Counted from the first letter of the stretch, positions 12,701-25,800 are shown. The stretch is 63,495 nt of DNA from Octopus bimaculoides (GCF_001194135.2 NC_068989.1:12281999-12345493); one strand, 5' to 3'. The notes: generated by a model from the sequence alone, not told the origin. Numbers and translations are program-made.

Positions 12701-13254
12701 CCGTTTCCTGTTTAGTTTAGTCTTATTTCAGACATATGTAAAGCTCGTCGTATTGTTTTTGCGCTACAGACGGCTGGCTCTCTGCTGTGTTTATTTGGGA
12801 TTCTATTTTTACCTGGCTTATGCTTTCATAATTATCTGATAAACGTATGTACTGAAGTGCCTCTTTCGGTGATTGAGATGCTTTTTTGGTGTTTTTTTTT
12901 TGCGTGTGACGTTAAAAGGTGCCGAGATAATAACAGACAGATAGACTGGGAAGAGTAATATATATGTTTGTGGTGAACTATTTGCGATAGCTGAAGGTGA
13001 TGATGGGGCATGTGTTGTTTTAGTTCGCTTGATGAGGTTTGTGTTGAGGTTGTTTAACATGTAAAGGGAATTTAACTACGATGTTAATGCATTGCCTTAT
13101 TTTGTTAACTGTATTCTTTGATAAGGAGACGCTTTTGAATGGTGTATCAAAAATGACGGTATTAGTGGGCACGATAAACGTTTGTAATCCGGTGGTAAAA
13201 ATGGTGAGGTTAGGTAATAATAAACATAATAATAATGATACTTTTTATTATAAG

Positions 13255-13725
13255 CGCAAGGTCTGAAATTTTGCGGGGGAGCGTAGTCGATTACATCGGC
13301 CCAAGTACTCAACAAGCACTTGTTTAATCGACCTTGACAGAAAGCAAAAATGACCTCAGAGGAATTTGAACTCACAACGTGAAGTTGGTCGAAATATCGT
13401 TAATTATTTTGTGCGACAGTCTAACGATTCTGCCAGGTCAGCAACACCATCAGCACCAATAATAATAATAATGATAATAATCTTTACTATTATAGGCAGA
13501 AGGCCAATAATAGAAGGGTAAGTCGATTAGATCTCCCGGAGTGTGCAACTGGTATTTATTTTGTCGACTCCGAAAGGATGAAAGGCAAAGACGACCTCGG
13601 GGGCCGAATGCTTTCAAACTCTGGTATAAAGCCAGCGGTTTCGGGGGAAAGGTTAAGTCAATTACATTGACACCAGCACTCAACTGATACCTATTTTATC
13701 GACTACGACAGAACAAAAGGTAAAA
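13255..13725 (-). mobile_element. Three decayed family A (tail-ii) copies
   Basis: Family A body motifs at about 13255-13440, 13495-13612 and 13620-13725. Confidence 0.7.
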
Positions 13726-13757
13726 TCAATGATAATAATGAGAACGATGATGATATT

Positions 13758-13807
<50 letters not shown>

Positions 13808-13999
13808 TATATACATACACACACACATACACACACACACACACATATATGCGCATAGAGACTTGCACATATACCAGTAATGTATTCATACATACATGTA
13901 TATTTAAGAATATTTATATATATATATATATACATACATACATACATACATATATACACACATATATATACATACATTGTATATTTACATATATATTTA

Positions 14000-14057
<58 letters not shown>

Positions 14058-14878
14058 TGTAGTTGATGTTGATTGACCTTTGGAAAACATTTGTTACTAG
14101 TGTGGTGTCGTCTCCTATTATTTTACAAACACATTTTGTGATATGATTAAATTGAATCGAAGATCTGTTTTCATGTATGCTATCACAAAGCTTGTGTTGT
14201 GGAAATGCGTATCTACTGTGATCTGATCAGATTTTGGAATACTATACCTTCTATAGTGTTTTGCTAGTAAGATTTTTTTCTTGGATTATTGCTATGTGAA
14301 TGTCGTGTTTGATGATAAAAACCCTGAGATCCACGAGACGTTTTTTTTTTTCAATATGGCTAATGTGCTATTCCAGAATTTACGCAACATTTCTGATATG
14401 TCGTGTACGAATCGTGTGTTTACAGATTTTCTGTGTGGTTCAGTGATGTTGGGAAGCGAGATAACCAGTATTCTCCGTGGTTTTCTGGTTGATATTTCCA
14501 TCTTTGCTGTTGTAATTATTATTATTTTCTTCTGTAAAATCGTGTATTTTATAAAAGTATAAGTAAATCGTATTTTTTTTAATGTATTTATCTTTTTAAC
14601 AGCATTTGTTTTAACTATTTTGTTGACTTTAAAAGAAACTAACGTTTATACACATTTATGCATATGCATAACGTTGTTCGTGCAGGGTTTTTTTTTCCTT
14701 TTGTCGTTCTCACATTTGTTAGGTAAAAATACCATTCTCGGAAAAATAAACAGTCCAAACAGTTTAAATAAAAACATAACATCCTTCTGCTGACAGGATT
14801 TGTATCAATCGCGTTGTTAGTGGTATAGGCTCTTGGTTCGCTTTGTGGTTTTATGATGTATGTAATTCAATGATGATG

Positions 14879-15265
14879 GTGGAGGCGCAATGGTCCAGTG
14901 GTCAGGGCAGCGGACTCGCGGTCATTGGATGGTGGTTTCGATTCCCAGACCGGGCGTTGTGAGTGTTTATAGAGCGAAAACACCTAAAGCTCCACGAGGC
15001 TCCGGCAGGGGATGGCGGCGAACCTTGCTGTAATCTTTCACCACAACTTTCTCTCACTCTTCCTTCCTGTTTCTGTTGTACCTGGATTTCAAAAGGCCAG
15101 CCTTGTCACACTGTGTCACGCTGAGTATCCCCGAGAACTACGTTAAGGGTACACTACACCTGTCTGTGGTGTGCTCAGCCACTTGCACGTTAATTTCACG
15201 AGCAGGCTGTTCCGTTGATCGGATCAACTGGAACCCTCGACGTCGTAAGCGACGGAGTGCCAACA
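14879..15265 (+). mobile_element. SINE family C, full length, 15 bp TSD
   Basis: Same family as the 12216 copy. TSD AATTCAATGATGATG at 14864-14878 and 15266-15280. Confidence 0.92.
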
Positions 15266-15270
15266 AATTC

Positions 15271-15377
15271 AATGATGATGAAGATGATGATGATGAGGAT
15301 GATGATGATACGACGACATATGCAACTGATGAAGATGATGATGACGTATGTAATTGATGATGATGAGGAGGAGGGGA

Positions 15378-15412
<35 letters not shown>

Positions 15413-15675
15413 ACTGATTGTGTTGGTGCTGCTGCTGATGATGATACGACGATGTTATGTAATTGATGATGATGATGTTGATGACGACGTATGTAATTGA
15501 TGATGATGATGATGATGATGATAATGACGTATATAATTGATGATGATGATGAGAACGACAACGACGTCGACGACGACGACGAAGTTGATGGTGAAGATGA
15601 TGATGATGATGATGATGGTGATGACGATGGTGCTTATGCTGGTGGTGATGATGATGATGATATTGATGATTATGG

Positions 15676-15710
<35 letters not shown>

Positions 15711-16131
15711 TTGATGTCAGTGCAACATGGTGGTTGTGTTCGAAGACGTATTTCAATTCATGTTTGTATATATGCGATTGATGTTCTTCGTTATGATAAT
15801 ACTCGAGTGATATTTGCGATGGTAACGAAAGCAGTAGTGGAGGTAATGGTGGTGGTGGTGGTGGTGGTGGTGGTGGCGGTGGTGGTGGTGCAGGAAATCG
15901 ACTTGTATATCTAATTACTTTAACGTTCACTTTAATTACGCATGCGGTTTCATTTGTAACGTTGTTTGCTGGGCGGGTATGATAAGTGTTGATCGTGGTG
16001 ATGCCTGATGTGGAAATTGCGTTTCTTGTGACAGACTTAACCGCCATTATTATTGTATTATTATTATCATTAGTATTAGTATCACAAGAACTAACAATAC
16101 ATCAATTCTTACTGGTATCACCACCACCACC

Positions 16132-16174
<43 letters not shown>

Positions 16175-16230
16175 TAACTACTACTACTATAACTACTACT
16201 ACTATAACTACTACTACTGCTGCTGCTGTG
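15271..16230. repeat. Compound trinucleotide microsatellite field ((GAT)n, (GGT)n, (CAC)n/(TAC)n)
   Basis: Read directly from the sequence. Confidence 0.95.
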
Positions 16231-16261
16231 TTTTTGATGTTATTATTCTCGTTATTATTCA

Positions 16262-16490
16262 TACACACTCAACAGGTTAAACTGTTGGAAAAGAAAAGCA
16301 TCCCAACATCGGGCTACAACAATTTACCTTAGATGCCAAGAACCCACTTATTCGGTTACAGCAAGTAACCTTAGGTGCCAAGACCCCTCCTAAGTATCCT
16401 AGCTGTCCCTAGTAACACTGTTTCCTGCAGCTGTACTAAACTATATCCTCTGTCCGTCTGTTCAGATTTTTAGGGATAGTTCCCATGCTC
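16262..16490 (-). mobile_element. R4/Dong extreme 3' end (another subfamily)
   Basis: Minus strand GTIPKNLNRR...LVQLQETVLLGTARILRRGLGT* (stop at 16371-16373), then a UTR and an AAT-rich tail. Confidence 0.7.
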
Positions 16491-16574
16491 ATCTGGTTAA
16501 GGTCAAACAACTAAGAAGCAAATCTGTGGTATTGAGCAGAATATTTGCAGCACTTAGTATTATTATTATTATTA

Positions 16575-16647
16575 TTATTATTATTTTATGTTTGACTTTT
16601 GTTTTGCATTTGTACAAGTTGGATCCAAGTCTCACCCAGAGACCTCA
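16575..16647 (-). mobile_element. R4/Dong 3' UTR terminus with (TAA)n tail
   Basis: TATGTTTGACTTTTG...TGTACAAG...CCAAGTCTCACCCAGAGACCTC closely matches 21804-21864, the 3' end of the RLE-bearing copy. It abuts (TAT)n at 16538-16583. Confidence 0.7.
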
Positions 16648-16833
16648 ATGGTTGCAGATGGCGGTGAGTATGATAATTGATGTTTTGTTCTTGGGAAGTA
16701 TATGTGGAGGCGATGGTGTTGATGGTTCGTTGCTAATGATGATGATTATTATTATTATTATTATTATTATCATTATTATTATTATCATTATTATTATTAT
16801 CATCATCATTATTATTATTTTATTATTATTATC

Positions 16834-16879
<46 letters not shown>

Positions 16880-16889
16880 GTACCAGCAA

Positions 16890-16920
<31 letters not shown>

Positions 16921-17091
16921 TGTAGTCGTAGTAGTATTAGTAGTATTAGTAGTAGTTGTTGTTGTTGTTGTTGTTGTGGTAGTAATGAACGGTAATGGTT
17001 GCAGATGGCGGTGAGTATGATAATTGATGTTTTGTTCTTGGGAAGTATATGTGGAGGCGATGGTGTTGATGGTTCGTTGCTAATGATGATG
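16647..17091 (+). repeat. Identical 98 bp direct repeats (16647-16744 and 16994-17091) enclosing trinucleotide microsatellites
   Basis: AATGGTTGCAGATGGCGGTGAG...TTGCTAATGATGATG is present twice with no difference seen. Confidence 0.9.
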
Positions 17092-17706
17092 GTGATGTTG
17101 ACATTAATTTGAACTTAATTGTAATAGACGTAACTATATGAAGACTAGTCCTTTGAGTATTGAATCTTAAATGAATTTCTCTTAATGATCAAAATATTAT
17201 TATATTTCTGTAACAATTGGAAAAAATATATATATATACCAACAACTGAGTTTGAACTTCAACAGAAATGAAAAACAGTAATTTTTAAAGTTGAACAAAT
17301 ACATATATGTAAAATATTTTTTAAGTAAATGATTGCAGACTTAATGAAAAGTGATGTGATTTTCTTGTGTAGATATATGAGAATTGAAAACCGGTATATT
17401 GGCGGAAACGTTAGCGTGACAAGCTCTACGCATTTTAAATATGTAGAACATCTCTTTACATTCAGAATAAAAATTATGCGTTTACACATCCGTATAACGG
17501 AGATAATATAACTGACAGTAAGTACTTTGTTAGTGATATTTTCGATTTAATCGGGAAGGTTCTATCTCATTTGGCACAAAATATAATGTTGCTTAAGCAT
17601 TTGTTTTTGGGTGTTATTGTTTGGAGAATATGCTAAAGCGCCTTGCTACGTAGAAAGCTATATGCACAGTTAAATTTAACTTCCAGTATAGTAATTCCTG
17701 AAATTA

Positions 17707-18025
17707 AGGCGGCAAGGCGAACCTTTCATCCTTTCGGGGTCGATAAATTAAGTACTAGTTGTTAACTGGGTTTGACCCCTCCTCGCAAACTTTCAGGCCA
17801 TGTGCCTAGAGTGGAAATGATTCTTGAAGGCCGCGAGCTGGCAGAAACGTTAGCACGCCCGGCGAAATGCTTAGCGGTATTTCGTCTGCCGCTACGTTCT
17901 GAGATCGACTTTGCCTTTCATTCTTTCGGGGTCGATAAATTAAATACCAGTTGTGTACTGGAGTCGCTCTAATCGATTGGCCCCCTCCCTCAAAATTTCA
18001 GGCCTTGTGCCGAGAGTAGAAAAGT
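17707..18025 (+). mobile_element. Two tandem family A SINEs (tail-ii), both internally deleted
   Basis: Shared body plus tail-ii (CCCCCTCCCTCAAAATTTCAGGCCTTGTGCC.AGAGTAGAAAAG). The second copy lacks the B box. AGTAATTCCT(G/A)AA flanks the pair. Confidence 0.8.
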
Positions 18026-18411
18026 AATTCCTAAAACCCCATCCAGCTGGAAATTCATATAAAATTTACGTAAATTATTTCGGTTATAAATACCAGTCAT
18101 CTAAGTTCACTTCATACAGACTTGGTGTTCGAGGTAATTTAGAGCTGTGGTCCATTCAGATATGATTGTGACGTCGTAAAAACGAAGCTACATAAGGACA
18201 TGTAGTCATGAACATATCGTGGTTCATATTTAGAACGGAACGTGTATTACTGGTATGCATAGTGAGTGTAATCCTGACAATTAAACAAAAACAACGACGA
18301 CGTCAGAAACAACATCAACACCGACAACAACAATAACTACGTAGCTTGATTCCGCCATGCTACCATAACGAAGAGCGAGACGTATTTTACAAACGGAAAC
18401 AGCAATAGTTC

Positions 18412-18636
18412 TTATTTCTTTACTGCCCACAAAGGGTTACACGCAGAGGGGGCAAACAAGGACACACAAACGGATTAAGTCGACCCCAATGCATAATTGG
18501 TACTTGTTTAATCGACCCCGAAAGGATGAAAGGCAAAGCCGACCTCGGCGGAATTTGAACTCAGAACGTAGCGGCAGACGAAATACCGCTAAGCATTTCG
18601 CCCGGCGTGCTAATGCTTCTGCCAGCTCACCGCCTT
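18412..18636 (-). mobile_element. SINE family A monomer (tail-i) with target-site duplication
   Basis: Reverse complement of family A. Both flanks carry ACA(G/A)CAATAGTTCT. Confidence 0.9.
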
Positions 18637-18641
18637 AACAA

Positions 18642-18709
18642 CAATAGTTCTGTAGATTAATTAGCAATAGATCTGTAGATTAATTAGCAATAGATCTGTA
18701 GATTAATTA
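18642..18709 (+). repeat. 23 bp tandem repeat x3
   Basis: CAATAGATCTGTAGATTAATTAG, starting at the TSD of the 18412 SINE. Confidence 0.9.
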
Positions 18710-19554
18710 TGGCTTAACTTTACATTACGATACAGGTTTGAAGTCCCTCTGTATGCCTTACGTTCGTAATGGAAAGCCATTTAAGTATATTCTCGACAAG
18801 TGTTACTGAAATCAATTGTGGTCGTCTGTCAGCAGTTTAACGCTTTATAAATGTTATATTATACGAGTGTTACAGCTTTAAATGCAATTAATGCTAATAA
18901 GCTACCTTAGTTTAATCATACTATATTACATCATCAACAGAAACTCAGTGAATCTCTAGTTTACGTCATACCTCATATTATTGTTAGGAATCTAGACTTC
19001 TCGAGCAGACTTTAGTCAAATGTCGTTTTTATTGTTGATTCCTGGGTCAAACCCTTAAACGAGGAACCATATGACACAATATATGCTTCGATGACTTCAA
19101 TATCGGATACGTCGTTATTTTATAAGATTGTGTGTTGCGATTTGAGAAAGACTCGACTGCTCTTTGTAGGATCTCGAGGGTCCACAGAGTGATTTTTCTC
19201 ATTGTTTTGATGATGACACTGGCGGTTTTAGTAACATATCACACACCTGATCACGTGACTGACAAAGCCATCAGGTGCTGCTACACATCGCTGGCCACGA
19301 TGCGCTTTTGTCATTGTTTTAGCCGTCGCTAGGCGAGCGGGCCAACATTGACCCCTGATCGAAAGTGGGTTCTGGAGCAACGTGAAGTTAAGTGTATTGC
19401 TCAAAAACACAATGAGCTTCCAATCAGGGAACTGATCCCGCGATATGGCGATCGTAAAGGCACACGCGACTTCACTGGTAACATATATTGTAGCAAAATA
19501 TTGCTACAATGTATCAGCTGGTAAAAATTAGAAGTACTTATATTTGAAAAGGCA

Positions 19555-19710
19555 AGCCTCGTCACATTCTGTGTGACGCTAAATTACCCTGAGAACTACG
19601 TTAAAGGTACGCCTGTCTGTGGAGTGCTCAGCCCCTTGCACGTTATTTTCACGAGCAAGATGTTCTGTTGATCGAATCAACTGGAACCCTGGTCATTGTA
19701 ACTAGCGGAG
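19555..19710 (+). mobile_element. SINE family C 3' fragment
   Basis: GCCTCGTCACATTCTGTGTGACGCT..CCTGAGAACTACGTTAA..GATCGAATCAACTGGAACCCT. Confidence 0.8.
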
Positions 19711-20469
19711 GGCTAGTTAGTTACAATTGTAGCAAAATGAATACTGCTACTAGTATATCAATAATAGTAACCACATCATTTTAATAGAAATATAGCATTA
19801 ATATTTATAGAAATATTGTATTACACTTTGATATAACAGAAGGATATTTATGAGAAAGAACAGTAATAACTTTGATAGTAACAAAAGCCACAGTAGTGTA
19901 GAAAGTAGAGTGGCCATTTTGGGTGATGGTTTACAGCAATTTTTTTCTTTTTAGGCCAAGTCATCGTCAAATTATTTACTTACCGTTTAAAGAGAAAGGT
20001 GAAAGGAGACCCAACGCTGCTTTCATCCAGCAAACTTTATGAATCGTGAGTGAGAACTGATCTGAGTAGATAAACAGGATTATTCTAATTCGGTGTGTGT
20101 CACTTGGCAGCAAGAATTAGAAGAGGGCATTTACTTTTGATGTGTCAGAGTAATAAAGATTTCTGCTTGTTGACTGGTAGTGGTACGTCTATCATTTTAT
20201 GTGCGTGAATCCCTCCATTTTATAAATCCTTTCTTGTTCCCCTTCTCCGTTTCTATTGATTCGTGATTATTGCTGTCTATTTGTATTTTCATTTATTGGT
20301 ATTTATTGCTCTCTTGTTAACGATAATGAACATCACTATCATCGTAATAACAATAATAATGATGATGACAATAACAACACTAATCCTATTGTTATTATTA
20401 TCGTTAATAACATTATCAGAATTATTATTGTTATCATCATTATCCTTATACAAGTGCTATTACATGCCA

Positions 20470-20770
20470 ACTTAATTAGCAGTGATGTTATACAAGCGTT
20501 TGATGACAACAAATCTCCACAAATTTCAAGAACCTCTCTTAGCATTCTTCTTGAATACATGATGGCATTTTTTTAATTTCAACATCTTTCAACCTTTTAG
20601 ATATCAGTTTGTATATTGTGTCATGTGAACCAGTTACCATAGAAACAATTTTCATCATTGTTTTCTATAGCCTCTTATTGTCCTGGCTAGGTTCTAATAT
20701 TTCTCTGTGTTCTGAATGTTCTTAGTGTCTTGCCCTTGGTCATACGAGATTGGCAATATTCCCATCCTAT
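20470..20770 (-). mobile_element. Highly decayed R4/Dong C-terminus
   Basis: Minus strand: EKY*NLARTI/RL*KTMMKIVSMVTGSHDTIYK..SKRLKDVEI/SRRMLREVLEICGDLLS, followed by an AAT/GAT-rich tail. Confidence 0.55.
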
Positions 20771-20861
20771 TCTTTTTTATTTCCTTCATAACATCTAACC
20801 TCCTCACTTCACTCAACGTGAAAAAAAATCGCATAAATATCTGTAACTATCTTTGACTAGT

Positions 20862-21190
20862 GAAAGAGAATGGCTCACTGGTTGGAATGCTGGACTCACA
20901 GTCATGAAGTAGTGAGTTCGATTCCCGGACCGGGCTGTGTGTTGTGTTCTTCGGCAAGATACTTTATTTAACGCTGCTCCAGTTCACTCAGCTGTAGAAA
21001 TGTGTTGCGACGTCACTGGTGCCAAGCTGTATCAATATTTGCCTTGCATTGGATGACATCGGTGGTGTAGAAATGGGAGGCTGTTGCGCATCGGAGACTC
21101 CTGGTCTTCCATAAACAACCTTGCCTGGGATCGTGTCTCGAAAGGTAACTTTCTAGGCGCAACCCATGGTCATTCATGACCGAATGTGGT
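20862..21190 (+). mobile_element. SINE family D (tRNA head plus CORE/V-like TGTGTTCTT..GCAAGA.ACTTTATTT.ACG.TGCTCCAGT.CACTCAGCTGTA)
   Basis: A/B-box-like head (GAGTTCGATTCCC). The same central module occurs reversed at 26940-27092 and about 19370-19420. Confidence 0.7.
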
Positions 21191-21723
21191 CTTCACCCTT
21201 TATATTTGACTATCAGAATTTCTGGCTAGTTTTCATATCATTTTTCAGTCACTTCAAATTCACTGACTTAGCTAACAACCCAATGCCCTCACTCTTTTAC
21301 TTTGTGAGTCAACAAACCATTTCCAGTTACCGTTTCTTCATTTTCAGCATCGTCAGTGCGTTACAGGAAATGGATGTGCACCTCCTCTCTTTCCAGCTAT
21401 TTTCCTGTTGTTTTCTTTCTATTCTTGAAATCTCTAAGTTCCGGGAATTTCGATTTTTCTAGTTGCAGCTAACAGTAATTTCTCACAATGTACAATATTG
21501 ATTTTGAAATCTGAAACAGCATCACTGATATCCATTTTGCATTTAAAACAATTCTACCATTCTTCTCTTCTTGGCCAATAATATTCTATGGTTTTGCGCG
21601 TTATGCATTATGAAGAAATGCTTCTCTTATTTTATTCAATTCTTGCAGCTGTCTCGGTCAAATTTATAGAAAAGGAGCAGGGAATCATCATCATCATCGT
21701 CATTATTATTATTATTATTAATA

Positions 21724-21802
<79 letters not shown>

Positions 21803-21803
21803 C

Positions 21804-22292
21804 ATATGTTTGACTTTTGCTTTGTAGTTGTACAAGATGACTCCAAGTCTCACCCAGAGACCTCGAGAGACAATAATCTAGAAGTTCAAGTTGGTGTTAT
21901 GCCTAAGGTGTCATATATTTGGTTTTTCAAAAAGTATTGTTCTAGGAAATGTTTAAAAAAACATAAGAAATGTATAAGTTTGTTTTAAAGTTTGAGATTA
22001 CATAGACAATATTTTACGTAGGATATGGACAGTTCCCAAGATCACTATCTTTTGAATTTCCGCCATTTTGGGGGTTTCTTGGTATCTGAGCTAGGTAGGA
22101 ATCAGCCCCTCTTGCTATCATTCCTAGGATACCTATGGCAACAAGTAATGTTTTAGTCTTGAGGTTTCACATTTTGTCAATTTCTATTTCATGATCTTTA
22201 TACTTGGTAGGTCTTGACAGATAAGTTTATGCCGATTGGGACAGTCCTATCCATGGAGAAGCATGATTTTTGTCTTAAGTTCTTCAATATCC
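21804..22292 (-). mobile_element. R4/Dong 3' end: restriction-like endonuclease, 3' UTR, followed by (TAA)n tail
   Basis: Minus strand with frameshifts: CFSMDRTVPIGINLSVKTYQ/KYKDHEIEIDKM*NLKTKTLLVAIGILGMIARGADSYLAQIP.NP/KMAEIQKIVILGTVHILRKILSM*. The UTR then runs into (TAA)n at about 21686-21803. Confidence 0.85.
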
Positions 22293-22420
22293 TGAAATTT
22301 GGAGGAAGGTATTAAGTCGATTACATCGACCCCAGTGCGTAACAGGTAGTTATTTAATCGACCCCGAAAGGATGAAAGACAAACTAGACCTCAGCAGCAT
22401 GTGAACTTAGAACGTAACGG
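22293..22420 (-). mobile_element. Family A (tail-ii) fragment between two R4 pieces
   Basis: GAAATTTGGAGGAAGG..AAGTCGATTACATCGACCCCAGTGCGTAAC..TCGACCCCGAAAGGATGAAAG. Confidence 0.8.
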
Positions 22421-22424
22421 CATT

Positions 22425-22878
22425 ACTTTTCCCCTCTCGTAGTACTTGATTCACTCCTGTCAATTCCATTCTCTAGTATTTCATGCAATTCCATATAAGA
22501 CTTCCCACATTCTGTGCTACACCATACATTTCCATTGTTCTTATTTCCCAGGAGTGTGGTATCATATAGTATGCTTGGTGATAATCAACCCATGCCATGT
22601 TCAGGTTTGTATGTTTTCTCTTGCAATTCCTGATAATTACATTATCAATTAAGAGCTGATCTTTCGTTCCCTGGCTCCTTTTTCTTCACCCTTTCTGTTC
22701 AACAGGTAGCAGTCCACATTTTCTAAGTATCTGCACAGTTTATCGGAGAACGCATCTGACGTTAGTTTCCACATTAGTTTCCATATTAGCGGATGGCATG
22801 TTATTGGCCTAAATTTGTATTTATGACTGAAAAGGCTCTTTATAGATGATTCTGCACATTTTCTGTCTACCAAATTCA
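22425..22878 (-). mobile_element. R4/Dong-clade RT N-terminal fragment (domains 1-3), decayed
   Basis: Minus strand: KFRPITCHPLIWKL...RYLEN...EEKG / frameshift / [51 protein letters not shown]. Confidence 0.85.
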
Positions 22879-25800
22879 ATCACCAGACATCAGTCGGTCC
22901 GAAACTATAATAGAAGGTGACACGTAGTGGTATTGAACCGACACCACCCGTTTACAAAGTAAGTTTCTTAATCCCCACTCTACCATCAAAGTAATATGTA
23001 TCCAGATTTTCCGATAGAAACTGAAATTGACGTCAAACTACAAAACTGTAATTATAACTTCACTTTTCATTTACGAAAATTTTAAGAAATTGAAAACTAT
23101 TTTTGTTTCAGCTCTGATCTATTATTTTAGTAAGTGAAACTAAAAATTGTAAATGAAATATAACAATATATTAGGCAGAAATCACTATTACCAATTAAAA
23201 ATATCAAATTGATAAATATTTCAAACAGAAAATGACTGAAACATGGAAATAATAATGAAAACCATCAGTTGTACATGACATGTCTACAGCAAAGCAACAA
23301 CATTATTTCGTGCACAGCTTTGCAAGCAATTTTTTTCCCGAGTCTACTTTGTGTCATATAACGTCACAATACATCTGCAGGCGAAGTTTTCATTAGCTAA
23401 TTAGAGATACACGTAAATTAATACAGAAACACACACACACACAAACATACACGTATTGCGTGTTGTGTGTATATTTCTCCCTATATATGTATATGTATGT
23501 ATGTAAACATGTATACGTGGAGGAAAATACTTGGCGTTTTCATCAGTATTTGCTGATGTAACAGTGTATAAATAGTTAAACATTTTAAACAATCTAAAAT
23601 GTAAGGAAAATCAGAATTACAAAACGTTGAATTTATCTGAATTCCAACTATGTTGTAAAAAATTAAATGCCCAGTCTATTGCCATTAGTGATGGTGTGTT
23701 TACGCCCCCGTGTCTTAGTGGTTCGGCAAAGAGAGACCGATAGAATAAGTATTAGGAATACAAAGAATAAGGCAGTGCTCCAACATGGCTGCAGTCAAAT
23801 AACTGAAACAAATAAAAGAATAAAAGAATATATATATATATATATATATATACACGCATACAGACACACATAATGTTTTGATAAGCAAGTCGAATAAGAA
23901 AATATATTTTATCGAGTCAAGAAAGGAGAAATTTTATGTTCACATCCACTGCAACTATTTCTTAAGTGTTTTCGCACAACTTCATTCTGCACCGCGTACG
24001 TTTTGCTCCCTTTAGGGAATAATAACCAGTCTTTTTATCGTAAATACTAATCGCTACGTAAATAATAGCGGAACATTCCAAGCTGTTTGACTTTATTCAT
24101 CGCACGTGTGAGATGACTAGATAAATATTTAAACCCTTTGTATAATTATTACGGACGCTAAAGAACATTTTAAAATAGAATTTATGTCGTAAATTTCGAA
24201 ATAGCGACCTAGTTCGTTATCTTCTGTTTGATATCGCGAATTTGCTTTTGTCATTCATGCGTCATTATTAGCTGGCATTAAACTGCAGATGTTTAAACGA
24301 TTTTACAGGAAGCACTGAGATTATCTTCTGGTTCCAGTGACTAAACTTAGAGAGAGAAATCTTATGTTCATCTAAGTTCTAATATAGTCATTTAAAACAG
24401 TTTTACAATTGTATCTCATATAATCACACGACCTGACATTTAATGGGAAGATAACAGAGATTTCAGCTAATAAAATGAAGTTCTCTACCACTATTAGTAC
24501 GCTGCTTTTGTCGATCCCGCTGAGAGTATGTTAAAATTGGGATGGCCGAGATTTATTGTCATAGCATGAAGAACCGAAATATATGTCGTAATCATATTCG
24601 ACGCTCGAAACATTCTCTCTATTATACCAGTATATTCTTTTATTTTATTATACATTTCAGCTCTAATGATGTGGTCATGCTGGAGTACTACCAATAAAGT
24701 GTGAGATGCTTACAGCAACTAGGTTTCCAAAGCGGTCTAAGTATTATCTAAGTATTATCTAAGTATTATATAACCTTGATGTTGCATAGCTTCGGTAATC
24801 GTACGAGCACCGTTACACCCAAAGTGTTATGGCCTTAAGTTTAATGAAGATCTCTGAGATAGATTCAAGGAAAATAACGTTTGAATGAGTGAACGATCCG
24901 TTGTATTTATAAACTTGAGCATGTGACTTTTACCTATTTATTCATCTATGAAGAATGAAAAGAAAGTTCTATCTTGGGATGGCTTGAACTCAGAATGTAA
25001 AGGGACGTAACTAAAAACTAAAGATCACTGTCGGGTACGACAGCACAGACTCTGCCAACCAAGATTTTTAGGTCCTTTTTAATAACAGTGCTGTAGATTG
25101 CACACATTTTGTATTATATAATCGCATGTAGTTATATAATCTAGTGCTAAATTCCAATGAAGGTATTACAGAGTTAACATATTGTTAAATGAGAATCTGA
25201 AAAGTAATTGAAAGACACGAAATACTTCTAAAATAAATGAAGTTTGGTTCCCGAAATTTTAATTTACTTTACATTAGGCATTGCAGTGTAAACACGTGTG
25301 AAATATTGAAATCGAATTGGAACTTAAAAAATTAAATAAGTAAAAATGAACAACATGTAAAAGTACGGAAACGAAAATAAATGTAACTACGACCAACAAA
25401 ATCGAGAGATAATAGAAGAGAATGAAATTAAAGCGTAAGAAGAGAACCGACTGAGCCAAATGGATGGGAACAAATTAAAAAAAAAAAAAATAATTAACTG
25501 AAAAAAATTTTCAGAAAAAATATTCTTGGAAAATCAGGAATTGGGAGCTGAAGATTAAGGAGACGGTCAAAACGGCACCAATTCTGACGTGAATGATAGC
25601 AACAACGCGTGATTAGAGTTTCTTAACAAGAGGCAGATATCAAAATATCAGACATTTCTGGCGTGTCTCATTATTTAACGAAATGCAAAAGTCAATCAGT
25701 ATTCTGTGTAACTTTATCGCTATTACTTCTAAATTATTTTGGCTTTCATGTGGTTGTTGAGATTTTTTAAAATCGGAATCAATTCTATTTCAGTCAGTTT

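Noticed and set aside
14879-14960. tRNA-like sequences at SINE heads
   Set aside because: They have A/B boxes but no complete cloverleaf, and they continue into SINE bodies bounded by TSDs.
24494-24694. 66 aa minus-strand ORF
   Set aside because: Its start overlaps a decayed SINE B 3' tail, and it has no coding or splice support.
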